From a candidate division WWE3 bacterium RAAC2_WWE3_1 (GTDB taxonomy: Bacteria > Patescibacteriota > WWE3 > UBA101185 > UBA10185): DNA of 64,000 nucleotides. Below are positions 39,266-49,521 of this stretch, piece by piece. The stretch is from contig CP006914.1 in the NCBI GenBank assembly GCA_000503835.1, positions 721,680-785,679 of the forward strand. Direction: 5' to 3'. The number at the start of each line of letters is the position of its first letter. Position 1 is the first letter of the stretch. The notes beneath the pieces were generated by a model. It ran no database searches, had not been told where the DNA came from, and saw only the letters and a list, made by a program, of their open reading frames with translations. A program made the position numbers and the translations under genes.

Positions 39266-39852
39266 TGAAAAGTTTATTATTGGAGCAAAATAAGAATATT
39301 TCGATATCTCCGGTCGAAGACACACAGTATGTTTATGTTCTGCCGGGTGTTTCTACGGAACCGACGAACCTTGAACTTAATTTTGAAAAAGAAGGAGTTA
39401 CCTGCGAAATCATAGTGTTGGGTAAAATGCACGAGGGACAGTCTGTGGAACTCACAACTATCTCACGTCATCTTGTTCCCAATACTTCCTGTGTCACGAA
39501 TTATTATGTGGCTTTAGAAGACGGTTCCTCGTCCAACTATGTAGGAAAAATAATCATCGCTAAGAAAGCCTTTCAAACAAATTCTTACCTGAATAATAAA
39601 ACTCTGGTTATCGGGGAGGGCACGAAAAACATAACCCGTCCCATACTTGAGATTGAGGCTGATGATGTAAAAGCGTCGCATGGCGCAACGACCGGAAGGG
39701 TCCGGGGAGACGACATTTATTACCTCACAAGCAGGGGACTTACAAAAAAAGAGGCCGAAGAGCTCGTAGTTGAAGGTTTTTTTGAAAGTATGGTGGAGAA
39801 AATTGAGACCGGGGATGTTAGAGAAAAAGCCCGGGCCGGGGTAAAATCATAA
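39265..39852 (+). CDS. sufD: SufD-like protein (short)
   Basis: PILEIEADDVKASHGATTG and YYL.SRGL. Confidence 0.85.
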   Translation: MKSLLLEQNKNISISPVEDTQYVYVLPGVSTEPTNLELNFEKEGVTCEIIVLGKMHEGQSVELTTISRHLVPNTSCVTNYYVALEDGSSSNYVGKIIIAKKAFQTNSYLNNKTLVIGEGTKNITRPILEIEADDVKASHGATTGRVRGDDIYYLTSRGLTKKEAEELVVEGFFESMVEKIETGDVREKARAGVKS

Positions 39853-39856
39853 TATT

Positions 39857-41077
39857 ATGGACATAAAAAAGCTCAAAAAAGATTTTCCTATACTTTTTCG
39901 AAAAATAGGTTTAAACGACCTCGTATATTTAGATAATGCAGCTACAAGCCAAAAACCTGTGCAGGTTGTTGAAGCAGTAAAAGACTTTTATCTGGAACAT
40001 AATGCCAACGTCCACCGCGGTATCCACACTTTGAGTGAAGAAGCGTCCGGTATGTATGAAGACGCCCGTAAAAAAGTGGCCCGTTTTATTAATGCGATCT
40101 ATCCCGAGGAAATTATTTTTACCCACGGAGCGACCGAATCTCTAAACATGGCCGCGTTTTCATGGGGTGTTCCCAATTTGAAAAAGGGTGACAAGATTTT
40201 ACTGACCGGATTTGAACATCACAGCAATTTAATACCTTGGCAGATTGTTGCTAAGAACACAGGTGCGGAACTGAAGTTTGTTAAGACCGAATCGAACGGT
40301 ACCGTTGATATGTCCGAGTTTAAAAATGTTTTAACACCCGACGTTAGGTTGGTATGTGTTGCGCACGCCTCGAATGTTTTAGGAACGATTCTTGATGTCA
40401 GGGAAATATCTAAATTGGCACATGCCGTGGGAGCTCTGGTTTGTGTCGATGGGGCTCAGGCAGTACCTCACATTCCGGTAAATATTCAAAGCTTGGGCTG
40501 TGATTTTTACGCTTTTTCCGGGCATAAGATGTTGGCCCCTATGGGCATCGGTGTTTTGTACGTAAAAAAGAGTGTAATGGAGCAAATGGTTCCTTCTCAG
40601 TTCGGTGGCGGGATGATAAAGGAAGTTTCGCTTACTGAAGCAAGCTGGGCAGAGGCTCCCGAAAAATTCGAGGCCGGAACACCCGACGTAGGAGGTGCCA
40701 TAGGACTTGCCGCAGCGGTGGATTACCTCTTGGCCATCGGTATGGACAAGGTTAGGGAACACGAAATTGAATTAAACAGACATGCAATCGAAAAACTTAA
40801 CTCAATTGAGGGAATAAAGATAATAGGGCCTGTAGATCCCGAAAAAAGAACCGGTTTGGTTTCCTTTTATTCCGAAAAAGTTCACGCTCATGATATCGCG
40901 TCGGTGCTTAACAGTTCCGGAGTTGCCGTCAGGTCCGGCCATCATTGCGCGATGCCTTTACATAAAGAGATGGGATTGCCTGCCACAGTGAGGGCGTCTT
41001 ACTACATTTATAATGACCTTTCGGATATTGATAAGTTGGCAGAAGGTGTAGAAAAAGCTTTAAAGATGCTTTCTTAA
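39857..41077 (+). CDS. sufS: Cysteine desulfurase
   Basis: YLDNAATSQKP, EHHSN, DGAQ, SGHKM and RSGHHCA. Confidence 0.96.
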   Translation: MDIKKLKKDFPILFRKIGLNDLVYLDNAATSQKPVQVVEAVKDFYLEHNANVHRGIHTLSEEASGMYEDARKKVARFINAIYPEEIIFTHGATESLNMAAFSWGVPNLKKGDKILLTGFEHHSNLIPWQIVAKNTGAELKFVKTESNGTVDMSEFKNVLTPDVRLVCVAHASNVLGTILDVREISKLAHAVGALVCVDGAQAVPHIPVNIQSLGCDFYAFSGHKMLAPMGIGVLYVKKSVMEQMVPSQFGGGMIKEVSLTEASWAEAPEKFEAGTPDVGGAIGLAAAVDYLLAIGMDKVREHEIELNRHAIEKLNSIEGIKIIGPVDPEKRTGLVSFYSEKVHAHDIASVLNSSGVAVRSGHHCAMPLHKEMGLPATVRASYYIYNDLSDIDKLAEGVEKALKMLS

Positions 41078-41079
41078 AT

Positions 41080-41454
41080 ATGGACAATATATATCAGGAA
41101 GAACTTATGGATATTTATAAAAATCCCGCAAAACGGGGCCTTCTCGACGGTGCCGACGTTTCAATCTCCCAATCAAATCCGATGTGCGGAGACGACGTCA
41201 GTGTGCAATTGAAAATTGAAAACGGAATTGTCAAAGATGCCCGGTTCCACGGAAACGCATGTATGGTGAGCATAGTTTCCAGTGAAATTTTACTGGACTA
41301 CTTGGTCGGCAAAACACTGGACGAAGTTAAAGTCGTTACAAAAGAAAAATTTCTTGAAATGCTGAATCTGAATTTGTCGACAAGCCGTATCGGGTGTGCA
41401 ACCCTTGCTTTGGGAGCAGTGCAGAAGGCGGTAAACGAATATGAAAAAAAATGA
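41080..41454 (+). CDS. sufU: SufU/IscU-like scaffold
   Basis: NPMCGD, G.AC and R..CATL. Confidence 0.9.
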   Translation: MDNIYQEELMDIYKNPAKRGLLDGADVSISQSNPMCGDDVSVQLKIENGIVKDARFHGNACMVSIVSSEILLDYLVGKTLDEVKVVTKEKFLEMLNLNLSTSRIGCATLALGAVQKAVNEYEKK

Positions 41455-41680
41455 TGAGACAAAAGAAATAAAAATAACAAAGGAGTTTAATATGGGCGAA
41501 CTCGTCTATAAATATCCCGATGCCGAAGAAGTTTTGCTGGATTACGGATTGCATTGTGCGGGGTGTTTTGCGAATTCGTTTGATTCGGTAGAAGCCGGGG
41601 CGAAGGCTCACGGTATGACCGATCCCGAGATAGATGAAATGCTCGAAAGAGTGAACGAGGTATTAAATTTCCACGAGTAG
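41441..41680 (+). CDS. DUF1858-domain protein
   Basis: YP....VL..YGLHC.GC.....S.E.GA..HG. Confidence 0.85.
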   Translation: MKKNDETKEIKITKEFNMGELVYKYPDAEEVLLDYGLHCAGCFANSFDSVEAGAKAHGMTDPEIDEMLERVNEVLNFHE

Positions 41681-41694
41681 GGGAGGTATTTAAA

Positions 41695-41925
41695 ATGAAG
41701 ATCTCGAAAGTAGCTGTCGATCGGAATGTCTGCATAGGTTCGGCGACCTGCGTAGTAATTTCACCCGACGCTTTTGAACTGGATTCCGAAGGAATTTCCA
41801 CAGTAAAGAAAGACGCGTTAAAAGTTGACGAGGAGACGTTGCTTAAAGCCGCAAAATCGTGCCCTGTCCAAGCCATAAGTATTTTTGATGAGGACGGGAA
41901 CAGGATTTTTCCGGTTTCCAGGTGA
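41695..41925 (+). CDS. Ferredoxin (3Fe-4S type)
   Basis: CIGSATC...P..F and CPVQAI. Confidence 0.9.
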   Translation: MKISKVAVDRNVCIGSATCVVISPDAFELDSEGISTVKKDALKVDEETLLKAAKSCPVQAISIFDEDGNRIFPVSR

Positions 41926-41940
41926 TGTTAAAATACCCGT

Positions 41941-42282
41941 ATGAACTATCAAATTACTTCCGATAATATGACCGTGTCTCCCAGCATGGATTCGTTAGCA
42001 AAAACTAAATTTGAAAGAGTATCGAAGAGATTTGATAACGTGGGGGAGGACGCAAAATTTGCCCGCATTGTTTTGAACACAGCACCTAATGAAATGTTCC
42101 ACGTCAAAGCTAATATTACGATTGCGGGAAAAGAGTATTTTTCCGACGATACCGACTATAACCTGGAGACAGCGATGATAAACACCGTCGAGGAGATTCT
42201 CCAGATGATAGAAAAAGATAAAGACGTTCAGGACAAAACTGCGCTAAAAGAGGAAATTGACTTGATAGACGAAATAGAATAA
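41941..42282 (+). CDS. Ribosome hibernation factor HPF/RaiA-like
   Basis: N.QI...N..VS.S......K pattern and matching size. Confidence 0.7.
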   Translation: MNYQITSDNMTVSPSMDSLAKTKFERVSKRFDNVGEDAKFARIVLNTAPNEMFHVKANITIAGKEYFSDDTDYNLETAMINTVEEILQMIEKDKDVQDKTALKEEIDLIDEIE

Positions 42283-42337
42283 CCTACACGTTGGAAGTTC
42301 AGCTTATTGTGACCTTGTCGGAGCTGCCGTACTTTAG

Positions 42338-42373
42338 GGGTGATTAGCTCAATTGGCAGAGCTCTCGTCTTAC
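42338..42373 (+). repeat. Duplicated tRNA 5' half ending in anticodon TAC (Val)
   Basis: 35/36 identical to 42461-42496; only position 36 differs (C versus T). Confidence 0.9.
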
Positions 42374-42460
42374 GTTTGACGCTATAGTGAGCATCGCGAG
42401 CTATGGCTCAAAGGAAAGTCCTCGTGAACTTTGGTAATTTTGAAAAACCTGGTCTTGTGG

Positions 42461-42536
42461 GGGTGATTAGCTCAATTGGCAGAGCTCTCGTCTTATACAC
42501 GAGCGGTTCCTGGTTCGATCCCAGGATCACCCACCA
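42461..42536 (+). tRNA. 76-nt tRNA with a Val-like body and anticodon TAT as written; becomes tRNA-Val(TAC) if 42374-42496 is removed
   Basis: GGGTGAT/ATCACCC-A-CCA acceptor; CTCGT-CTTATAC-ACGAG anticodon arm; CCTGG-TTCGATC-CCAGG T arm. Confidence 0.85.
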
Positions 42537-42590
42537 GAAACATTAAATCCCACCGCACAGCTGGATGTTTTTATAGAAAATTATTTCAGT

Positions 42591-43466
42591 TTAAAGAGTA
42601 TCCAGTTCGGTCTTTTCCTGTTCACCGGTTCTGTCTATGTACTGAAGATACCTTTCGGTTGTGGAAATTCTTTTGTGTCCTGCAATTTTAGACAAGTAGA
42701 TTATGCTAACTCCGCTTGCTAAATGATGGGCTACAAAAGTGTGTCTTAGATCGTTGACCTTGGCTTTTTCCACACCGGCAAGTTTAAAGAATCTATCTAT
42801 GGTAGACCTTATATTTCTTATCAATAGGGGGTTGCCGGTTTTTGTGATGAACAGATAGCCGGAGCTTTTAACGATAGATCTTTCTTCACTCATGTATTTA
42901 TTTACCGCATCTATAACAGCCTTGTTCAAAGGAATGGTTCTCGCTTCTTTATTATTTTTCTTGGCAACAAAAAGATTTCCGTTAGATCCGGAAATAGTTA
43001 AATTCTCTGTTTTTATTTCTGCAAGTTCGGAAATGGTCACACCTGTCTGTAAAAGCATTTCGATCATTGCGTAAGTTCTAAGGTCATTTCTCGTCGCGTC
43101 TCTTAAAGCCCTGTACTCCATTTTGGTTAGGATTCTCGGAGCCTTGGTTTCGAGTTTAGGGTGTTTTAATCCAAGGGAAACATTTTCCGCAATTTCTCCC
43201 TCAGCGTGGAGGTATTTAATAAATGTTCTGGTGGCGTTGGTCTTTCTGGAGACAGATTTTAAAGTGTAGTCAGCATTAGCCAGTTTCTTCATAAAATCCT
43301 CTAAATGACCGAGCTTTATCTCGCTAACCAGGTTTACGCCCATACCGGATAGATGGGACAATAGTTGCTCAACGTCCTTGCTATAAGCTACAACGGTAGC
43401 TCCGGACTTGCCTTCGCTCTTAAGTTTTTCTACAAAGTTTTTATGCGCAGCTTCAAGATTCAGCAT
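42591..43466 (-). CDS. XerC/XerD-like tyrosine recombinase
   Basis: SAM-like N-domain (TVVAY..D), LLQTG..ISE, DLRHTF, GH..ISTTERY. Confidence 0.88.
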   Translation of the reverse strand: MLNLEAAHKNFVEKLKSEGKSGATVVAYSKDVEQLLSHLSGMGVNLVSEIKLGHLEDFMKKLANADYTLKSVSRKTNATRTFIKYLHAEGEIAENVSLGLKHPKLETKAPRILTKMEYRALRDATRNDLRTYAMIEMLLQTGVTISELAEIKTENLTISGSNGNLFVAKKNNKEARTIPLNKAVIDAVNKYMSEERSIVKSSGYLFITKTGNPLLIRNIRSTIDRFFKLAGVEKAKVNDLRHTFVAHHLASGVSIIYLSKIAGHKRISTTERYLQYIDRTGEQEKTELDTL

Positions 43467-43549
43467 AGTTTTTAATTATTTAAGCAGTTTTAAAAGGGAT
43501 TCCGAAACCAAATAAAAATCCTGTCATAGGTGAAATCCTATGGGCTATA

Positions 43550-43575
43550 TTAGCACTTGCCTTGCCAAGTGTCAA
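43550..43575 (-). promoter_or_regulatory. Promoter with a CIRCE-like inverted repeat (8-bp spacer) upstream of the tyrosine recombinase
   Basis: Minus strand: TTGACACTT-GGCAAGGC-AAGTGCTAA(TAT). Confidence 0.45.
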
Positions 43576-43597
43576 TTAATTAACTATCATCGCATTA

Positions 43598-43975
43598 ATG
43601 TTAAAAAGAGGCACTCGCGGACGGGTACTAATTTCCCTGGTTTTGCTTGTCATATCGGCCAATTTTATAAAATCCACGGTGGATGTGCTGAACAGTCGGA
43701 AAAGGCTTGAGGACGCCCTGGAAAAGGAAGAAAGCCTCACTTTTGAGAGAGACTCGCTTAAAAAACGGATAGAGTACAAAAAAACCGGAGAATACATAGA
43801 GGAAAGCGCCCGCAACGAGCTGAACATGGTAAAACCGGGCGAAAAAGTGTATGTAATGGATGAGGTGGTTCCGGCACCCGGAGAGGTTGCTGGGGCTTCT
43901 GAGATGAGGAAACTGACCCCGGCCAGTGACAGCGAGGATCCGAACTGGTATCTTTGGTACAAGCTGTTTTTTTGA
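43598..43975 (+). CDS. Septum formation initiator (FtsB/DivIC-like)
   Basis: TM and coiled coil, YIE..AR.ELNM.KPGE. Confidence 0.85.
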   Translation: MLKRGTRGRVLISLVLLVISANFIKSTVDVLNSRKRLEDALEKEESLTFERDSLKKRIEYKKTGEYIEESARNELNMVKPGEKVYVMDEVVPAPGEVAGASEMRKLTPASDSEDPNWYLWYKLFF

Positions 43976-44013
43976 CAATAAGAGGCTTATCTGTTAGATT
44001 TTTACCGTAATAA

Positions 44014-44087
44014 CGCGGGGTGGAGGAATGGCACCTCACCGGGCTCATAATCCGGGGGTCCTGGTTCGAGTCCAGGCCCCGCAACCA
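44014..44087 (+). tRNA. Initiator tRNA-fMet(CAT)
   Basis: C1:A72 mismatch, G-rich anticodon stem, CTCATAA loop and CCA end. Confidence 0.9.
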
Positions 44088-44134
44088 ATTATTCCCACTT
44101 TCTATTGATATCTGTATAATCTCTTCTGAGGCAG

Positions 44135-44211
44135 GCCAACATAGCTCAGTCGGTAAGAGCGGTCGTTTCATAAGCGACAGGTCCCAGGTTCGATCCCTGG
44201 TGTTGGCACCA
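44135..44211 (+). tRNA. tRNA-Met(CAT), elongator (Ile2 not excluded)
   Basis: GCCAACA/TGTTGGC-A-CCA acceptor and TTCATAA loop. Confidence 0.88.
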
Positions 44212-44293
44212 TATAACTCAAATCGTCCCCTCCCTAAAGAAAAAGCGCCTTTTTTATGTTAAATTTATCCTAGAAATTATTACGTTAAACACC

Positions 44294-45295
44294 ATGAGAA
44301 AAAGGATACTGACAGGAGACAATACAACAGGACGACTTCACTTGGGCCATTACGTGGGCTCTCTGGAGAATAGGGTTAAACTTCAAAACGATTACGATAC
44401 GTTTATAATTCTCGCCGATGTCCATTCACTGGCTTACCCCAAATATATAGGCGAACCGAATTTAATTGCCGATTCTATACTTCAGGTGGCTATGGACAAT
44501 CTTTCCGTGGGCCTTGATCCTGCAAAGGTGACAATATTTGCCGAGTCGACCGTTCCGGAAATATACGAACTGGCTTTATTACTCTCGATGTTGGTGCCCT
44601 ACTCTAGAGTTCTCAGAAACCCCACAATTAAGGACGAGATAAAAGAAAAAGAATTGGGGGACAACTATTCTTTAGGTTTTTTGAATTTTCCGGTAATGAT
44701 GGCCGCGGATATTTTGTCGGTAAATGCCGATCTTGTGCCGGTCGGAGAAGATCAGAGCCCGCATTTGGAACTTACCCGCGAGCTGGCGCGTAAGTTCAAT
44801 ACTACCTACGGGGATGTGTTTAAGGAACCTGAAGGCATGGTAGGAAGGGTCGCCCGACTTGTCGGTCTCGATGGAGGGGTGAAGATGACAAAAAGCTTGG
44901 GTAACGCAATATTTCTAAGTGATGACGCCGAAACTGTTCGCAAAAAAGTGATGAAAATGTACACCGACCCAAATCGTCTGCACCCGTCCGATCCGGGCAA
45001 AGTGGATGGAAACCCGGTTTTTATCTATCACGATGCATTTAATGAGGATAAAGAAGAGGTAGCCGACCTGAAAAAGAGGTACGTTACCGGAAAGGTCGGG
45101 GACGTTGAGGTGAAGGAAAAACTCATCGGTGCTCTGGAAAGGTTGTTAGAACCTATCAGACAGAGAAGGTCTGAGTACGAAAGCGATACGGACGCTGTCC
45201 GCGGCATCCTAATAGAGGGTGCAAAAAGGACCAGAACAGAGGCTTCGGCGACACTGGATTTGGTCAGAGAAAAGATGAAGCTACCCCGCTTTTAA
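44294..45295 (+). CDS. trpS: Tryptophan--tRNA ligase
   Basis: TGRLHLGHY, VPVGEDQ and KMTKS. Confidence 0.96.
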   Translation: MRKRILTGDNTTGRLHLGHYVGSLENRVKLQNDYDTFIILADVHSLAYPKYIGEPNLIADSILQVAMDNLSVGLDPAKVTIFAESTVPEIYELALLLSMLVPYSRVLRNPTIKDEIKEKELGDNYSLGFLNFPVMMAADILSVNADLVPVGEDQSPHLELTRELARKFNTTYGDVFKEPEGMVGRVARLVGLDGGVKMTKSLGNAIFLSDDAETVRKKVMKMYTDPNRLHPSDPGKVDGNPVFIYHDAFNEDKEEVADLKKRYVTGKVGDVEVKEKLIGALERLLEPIRQRRSEYESDTDAVRGILIEGAKRTRTEASATLDLVREKMKLPRF

Positions 45296-45313
45296 TGTAT
45301 AATTCACACGCTT

Positions 45314-47185
45314 ATGGCGAATAAGAACGGCTCAAACAAGAATGGCAAAAAGGCCAAAAAACAGAATATTTCCATTCCTTTTATAGGTGATATAAATCCC
45401 AAGAACCCGTGGGGAAATATCTTTTTCTACATATTTCTGATCTTCCTTTTCTTTATGATATTCGGCGGGTCGGGCGGTCTGTCTCCAAAACCGGAGCAGG
45501 TAGGCGTTAACGAACTGGTAAAACTTATTAAAGACGAAAGAGTACAGGACGTTGTTGTGGCCGGGGATAAGCTGGAAGTTCAGCTCAAGGACGGTACAAA
45601 ACTTTTGGTAGAAAAAGAAAGCTCGATCAGTTTCGACCAGATCTTAACAAATAACGAAGTTGACAGGTCTAAAATAGCCGGTGATGTAAAAGTAGAACGT
45701 CGCATCAGTTTCGAGCAGATACTTACGCCCGTATTAATGTTCGCATTTCCGTTGATAATTCTTTTTTTCATTTTCAGGCAAATGAGAAGTGCGAACAGCG
45801 ATATCACATCTTTCGGAAAAAGCCGCGCCCGTTTGTTTAAAAAAGGGCAAACCCAGATTACTTTTAACGATGTTGCCGGCAACGAAGAAGCGAAAACCGA
45901 GATGATGGAGATAGTGGACTTTTTGAAGAACCCCGAAAAATACAGGAAACTTGGAGCAAGAATACCAAAAGGAATTTTACTGGTAGGACCGTCGGGCGTA
46001 GGAAAAACATTATTGGCTAAAGCTATTGCGGGCGAAGCTAACGTTCCTTTTTATTCTGTAGCAGGAAGCGAATTCATGGAAATGCTGGTAGGAGTGGGGT
46101 CTTCCAGAGTAAGAGATCTTTTCGATGTGGCCAGGAGCAATCAGCCCAGCCTTATTTTTGTTGACGAGATAGACGCCATCGGAAGACAAAGGGGCATGGG
46201 TATCGGTGGGGGGCATGACGAAAGAGAACAGACCCTTAATCAAATACTCATTGAAATGGACGGGTTTGACGCCCGTACCGACGTTATTGTTCTGGCAGCC
46301 ACCAACAGGCCGGACATGCTCGATCCCGCGCTAATAAGACCGGGAAGATTCGACAGGACCATAACAGTCATGTTGCCTGATTTGAAAGACCGCGAGGCCA
46401 TAATAAAAATTCACATGAGAGAAAAACCTGTTGCAGAAGATGTGAAGGTAGAGCAGATAGCAAGAAAAACCGTAGGTTTCAGCGGGGCCGATATCGAGAA
46501 TATGATGAACGAAGCGGCGATACTTGCCGCCCGCGTGGGAAAAACAAAAATAGAGCAGGTGGATATTGAAGAAGCCGCGCTGAAAGTAACTTTGGGATCC
46601 GAAAGAAAAACTTTACAGACCGAGGAAGAAAGAAAAATGACGGCATATCACGAAGCGGGACACGCTTTAGTTTCAGCCTTTGTGAAAGATATGGATCCTG
46701 TTTACAGAGTATCTATAATCGCTCGGGGTGCTTCACTGGGTCACACAAGCTTTCCTCCGGAAAGAGACCGTTACAACGAAACTAAGACACGCTTGTCCTC
46801 CATAATTTCAACTATGCTTGGGGGGCGGGCAGCCGAAGAAATAGTTTTCGGCGAGCTTACGGTGGGCGCATCCGATGATATAGGTAAAGCCACGGGTATT
46901 GCAAGAAAGATGGTAGCCGAATGGGGAATGAGTTCCCTGGGACCCGTTTCGTACGATATAGGCGGCGGTCAGTTTTGGCTTGCCCGCGGGATAGAAGAAG
47001 GAAACAAAGTAAGTGAAGCCATGGCGGCCAAAATCGATACCGAAGTGGAGGAACTGGTTCATAAAGCTTACATCCACGCTAAGGAAATAATAGAAGCCAA
47101 TAGAGATAAACTGGACAGAGTAGCCGCGAAACTCCTTGAAAAAGAAACGATAGATGGTGAAGAGTTCAGAGCCCTGGTGGCTTAA
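45314..47185 (+). CDS. ftsH: ATP-dependent zinc metalloprotease FtsH
   Basis: Two TMs, [20 protein letters not shown] and HEAGH. Confidence 0.97.
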   Translation: MANKNGSNKNGKKAKKQNISIPFIGDINPKNPWGNIFFYIFLIFLFFMIFGGSGGLSPKPEQVGVNELVKLIKDERVQDVVVAGDKLEVQLKDGTKLLVEKESSISFDQILTNNEVDRSKIAGDVKVERRISFEQILTPVLMFAFPLIILFFIFRQMRSANSDITSFGKSRARLFKKGQTQITFNDVAGNEEAKTEMMEIVDFLKNPEKYRKLGARIPKGILLVGPSGVGKTLLAKAIAGEANVPFYSVAGSEFMEMLVGVGSSRVRDLFDVARSNQPSLIFVDEIDAIGRQRGMGIGGGHDEREQTLNQILIEMDGFDARTDVIVLAATNRPDMLDPALIRPGRFDRTITVMLPDLKDREAIIKIHMREKPVAEDVKVEQIARKTVGFSGADIENMMNEAAILAARVGKTKIEQVDIEEAALKVTLGSERKTLQTEEERKMTAYHEAGHALVSAFVKDMDPVYRVSIIARGASLGHTSFPPERDRYNETKTRLSSIISTMLGGRAAEEIVFGELTVGASDDIGKATGIARKMVAEWGMSSLGPVSYDIGGGQFWLARGIEEGNKVSEAMAAKIDTEVEELVHKAYIHAKEIIEANRDKLDRVAAKLLEKETIDGEEFRALVA

Positions 47186-47187
47186 AT

Positions 47188-47970
47188 ATGTTAGTAGACT
47201 CCCATTGCCATCTAAAAGATTCCCGTTACGGTAAATCCCCTCTTGAAGTGGCCGAAGATAGCAAAAAAGAAGGAGTCTCCCTTTTTATAAACATAGCAAC
47301 ATCCCTTGAAGATAGTTTTGACTCTTCTAAGATATGCGGCGAGATCCCTTATGTATACGGGACGGTCGGAATATATCCCCATAGCGATGTCGGTAAAGAA
47401 AACGGCGGAATGATGACAGCTCTCGAAAAAATGATTGACGCTAATCCGAAGATCGTAGGTATAGGTGAGTGCGGGATAGATGTACCGGAAAATCGACCTC
47501 AAAGGAGTGTTAAAGACCAGAGCCGGCTTTTTGATGAGCATATAAAGCTAAGCATTAAAAAGAAACTTCCTCTGATAATTCATAATAGGAATGCCGATGC
47601 CACTGTTTTAGAAATGCTTTCTCATTATGAAAACTCGGGATTAAAGGCAGTTGCCCATAGTTTCTCTTCAAATTGGGCCACGGCCAAAAAACTTTTAGAC
47701 TTGGGAATATACTTATCTTTTTCAGGAATGATAACCTATCCGTCCCGCAACGATTTGCGGGAAGTTGTTTCTAAGGTACCTGATGATATGTTTTTACTTG
47801 AAACCGACTCGCCGTGGCTTCCGCCTCAGGGACACCGGGGAGAATTAAATTATCCCAAATATGTTAAAATTGTTGCTGAAAAAGTCTCACAGGTAAAGGA
47901 AAAACCCTACCTGACCGTAGCCTCTCTTTCAACAGCCAACGCCCGCAGACTTTTCAACATCAGCCTATGA
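47188..47970 (+). CDS. tatD: TatD family deoxyribonuclease
   Basis: DSHCHL, GECGID, IHNR and ETDSP. Confidence 0.93.
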   Translation: MLVDSHCHLKDSRYGKSPLEVAEDSKKEGVSLFINIATSLEDSFDSSKICGEIPYVYGTVGIYPHSDVGKENGGMMTALEKMIDANPKIVGIGECGIDVPENRPQRSVKDQSRLFDEHIKLSIKKKLPLIIHNRNADATVLEMLSHYENSGLKAVAHSFSSNWATAKKLLDLGIYLSFSGMITYPSRNDLREVVSKVPDDMFLLETDSPWLPPQGHRGELNYPKYVKIVAEKVSQVKEKPYLTVASLSTANARRLFNISL

Positions 47971-49511
47971 TGGCTTCTTTTGTAGAAAAACACGACAAAT
48001 TCGTGCACAGGGTATTAGAAATGTCTCTGGGTGTGATGACGTGGACACTTCTTACATCTCCGATATGGCTGGGAGTTATTTACCCCCCGGCCATTGTTTA
48101 TATGCTTACCCTTTTTACCGTTTACTGGAGCTATCTTGCGGCCAAACATTCGTTCGGCCTTTTCCTGGGTTACAGGAAATATAAGGAAGAATTGAAAGTA
48201 AATTGGGGCGAAGAGTTCGATAAAATTGCGTTTTCCGAATTACCCGATCCTGCGACTTTGCCGGAGAGCAAGGACGCTCTGAAACACCTTATTCTGATAC
48301 CGGCTGTGAACGAACCCGTGGGTGTTTTAAAAGAGAGCATAGAAAGTATTTTTAACCAGACGTTCAACACTAAAAAGATTACCCTTGTTTATACCCTCGA
48401 GGAGAAATATTCGGAAGAAACCGAAAGGTGTATAAGAGAAATAGTTGGCGACCGTGTTGATAAACTCGAAAAACTTTTGATCTTTGTGCATCCCAGAGGT
48501 ATTGTCGGCGAGGCAATCGGTGCGGCTGCTGCTAACAGGACGTGGGGAGCAAAACACGCGGTCGATGTGTTACGGGAAGAAGGGGCGAACATAAGAAATT
48601 ATATTTTCAGCACTATCGATGCCGATCACGTCCTCCATCCCCAATATTTATCAAGGTTATCCCACCTGTACCTGTCAACAGATAGAAGGGACAACCATTA
48701 TTACTCCACTGCCGTGCACCTTTTCAATAACAATCTCTGGCGTGTGCCCGTTATGATGCGCATTGAGGCTAACGCCGTTACGATGGGAAGTTTATCCGAC
48801 TGGAGTGCCTCCAAAGGCGCTTTGAAAGACAGTTTTTCTTCTTACTCTGCTTCCCTTCAAACCCTGATTGATGCTAATTACTGGGATGTTGCGCTGGGTG
48901 TCGATGATACGATTTTCTACTGGAGAGCGTTTTTTGTACGCAACGGGGATTTTGACGGAGTCCCTCATTATATTCCGTACTCAGCAGATGCAGTGGAAGG
49001 AAGTAGTTACATAGATTCGCACGTCAGACTCTATAGACAGTTACTAAGATGGGGCTGGGGAGCCATAGACTTCCCCTTATCTATGAAAGAGTTTATGAAA
49101 AATAAAAAGATACCCGCTTCAAAAAAAATAGGATGGCTGATTAAACACATCGAAAGAAGAGTCATTTTGATAAATATAGTATTCTTAATTACGTTCGGTT
49201 TCGGACTCGTTACACTGGTTAATCCGTACGTTAAACAGTCCAACTTCGCGTACAGTCTGCCTGACATTATGAGTTTGATATTGACCATAACTTTGGTGTT
49301 TTTGATACCGGCGACGATCTTGAGGATGGGGCTTGTCACACCAATGCCCAAGAAATGGCCTATATGGAGGAAGTTTTTTGTTCTTTTAGAGGGCCCGCTC
49401 ATCATGCTTAATCTTTTGACCTACTCTTTTTTTCCGTGGGTACAGGCTCAGACTAAGATGCTGTTCGGTCACAAAATGAAGGACCTTTACCACACTCCGA
49501 AGGTGAGGTAG
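47967..49511 (+). CDS. Membrane GT2-family glycosyltransferase
   Basis: DADH, DD and QxxRW-like QLLRWGWG; TMs at both ends. Confidence 0.8.
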   Translation: MMASFVEKHDKFVHRVLEMSLGVMTWTLLTSPIWLGVIYPPAIVYMLTLFTVYWSYLAAKHSFGLFLGYRKYKEELKVNWGEEFDKIAFSELPDPATLPESKDALKHLILIPAVNEPVGVLKESIESIFNQTFNTKKITLVYTLEEKYSEETERCIREIVGDRVDKLEKLLIFVHPRGIVGEAIGAAAANRTWGAKHAVDVLREEGANIRNYIFSTIDADHVLHPQYLSRLSHLYLSTDRRDNHYYSTAVHLFNNNLWRVPVMMRIEANAVTMGSLSDWSASKGALKDSFSSYSASLQTLIDANYWDVALGVDDTIFYWRAFFVRNGDFDGVPHYIPYSADAVEGSSYIDSHVRLYRQLLRWGWGAIDFPLSMKEFMKNKKIPASKKIGWLIKHIERRVILINIVFLITFGFGLVTLVNPYVKQSNFAYSLPDIMSLILTITLVFLIPATILRMGLVTPMPKKWPIWRKFFVLLEGPLIMLNLLTYSFFPWVQAQTKMLFGHKMKDLYHTPKVR

Positions 49512-49521
49512 AAGTTAAGTA

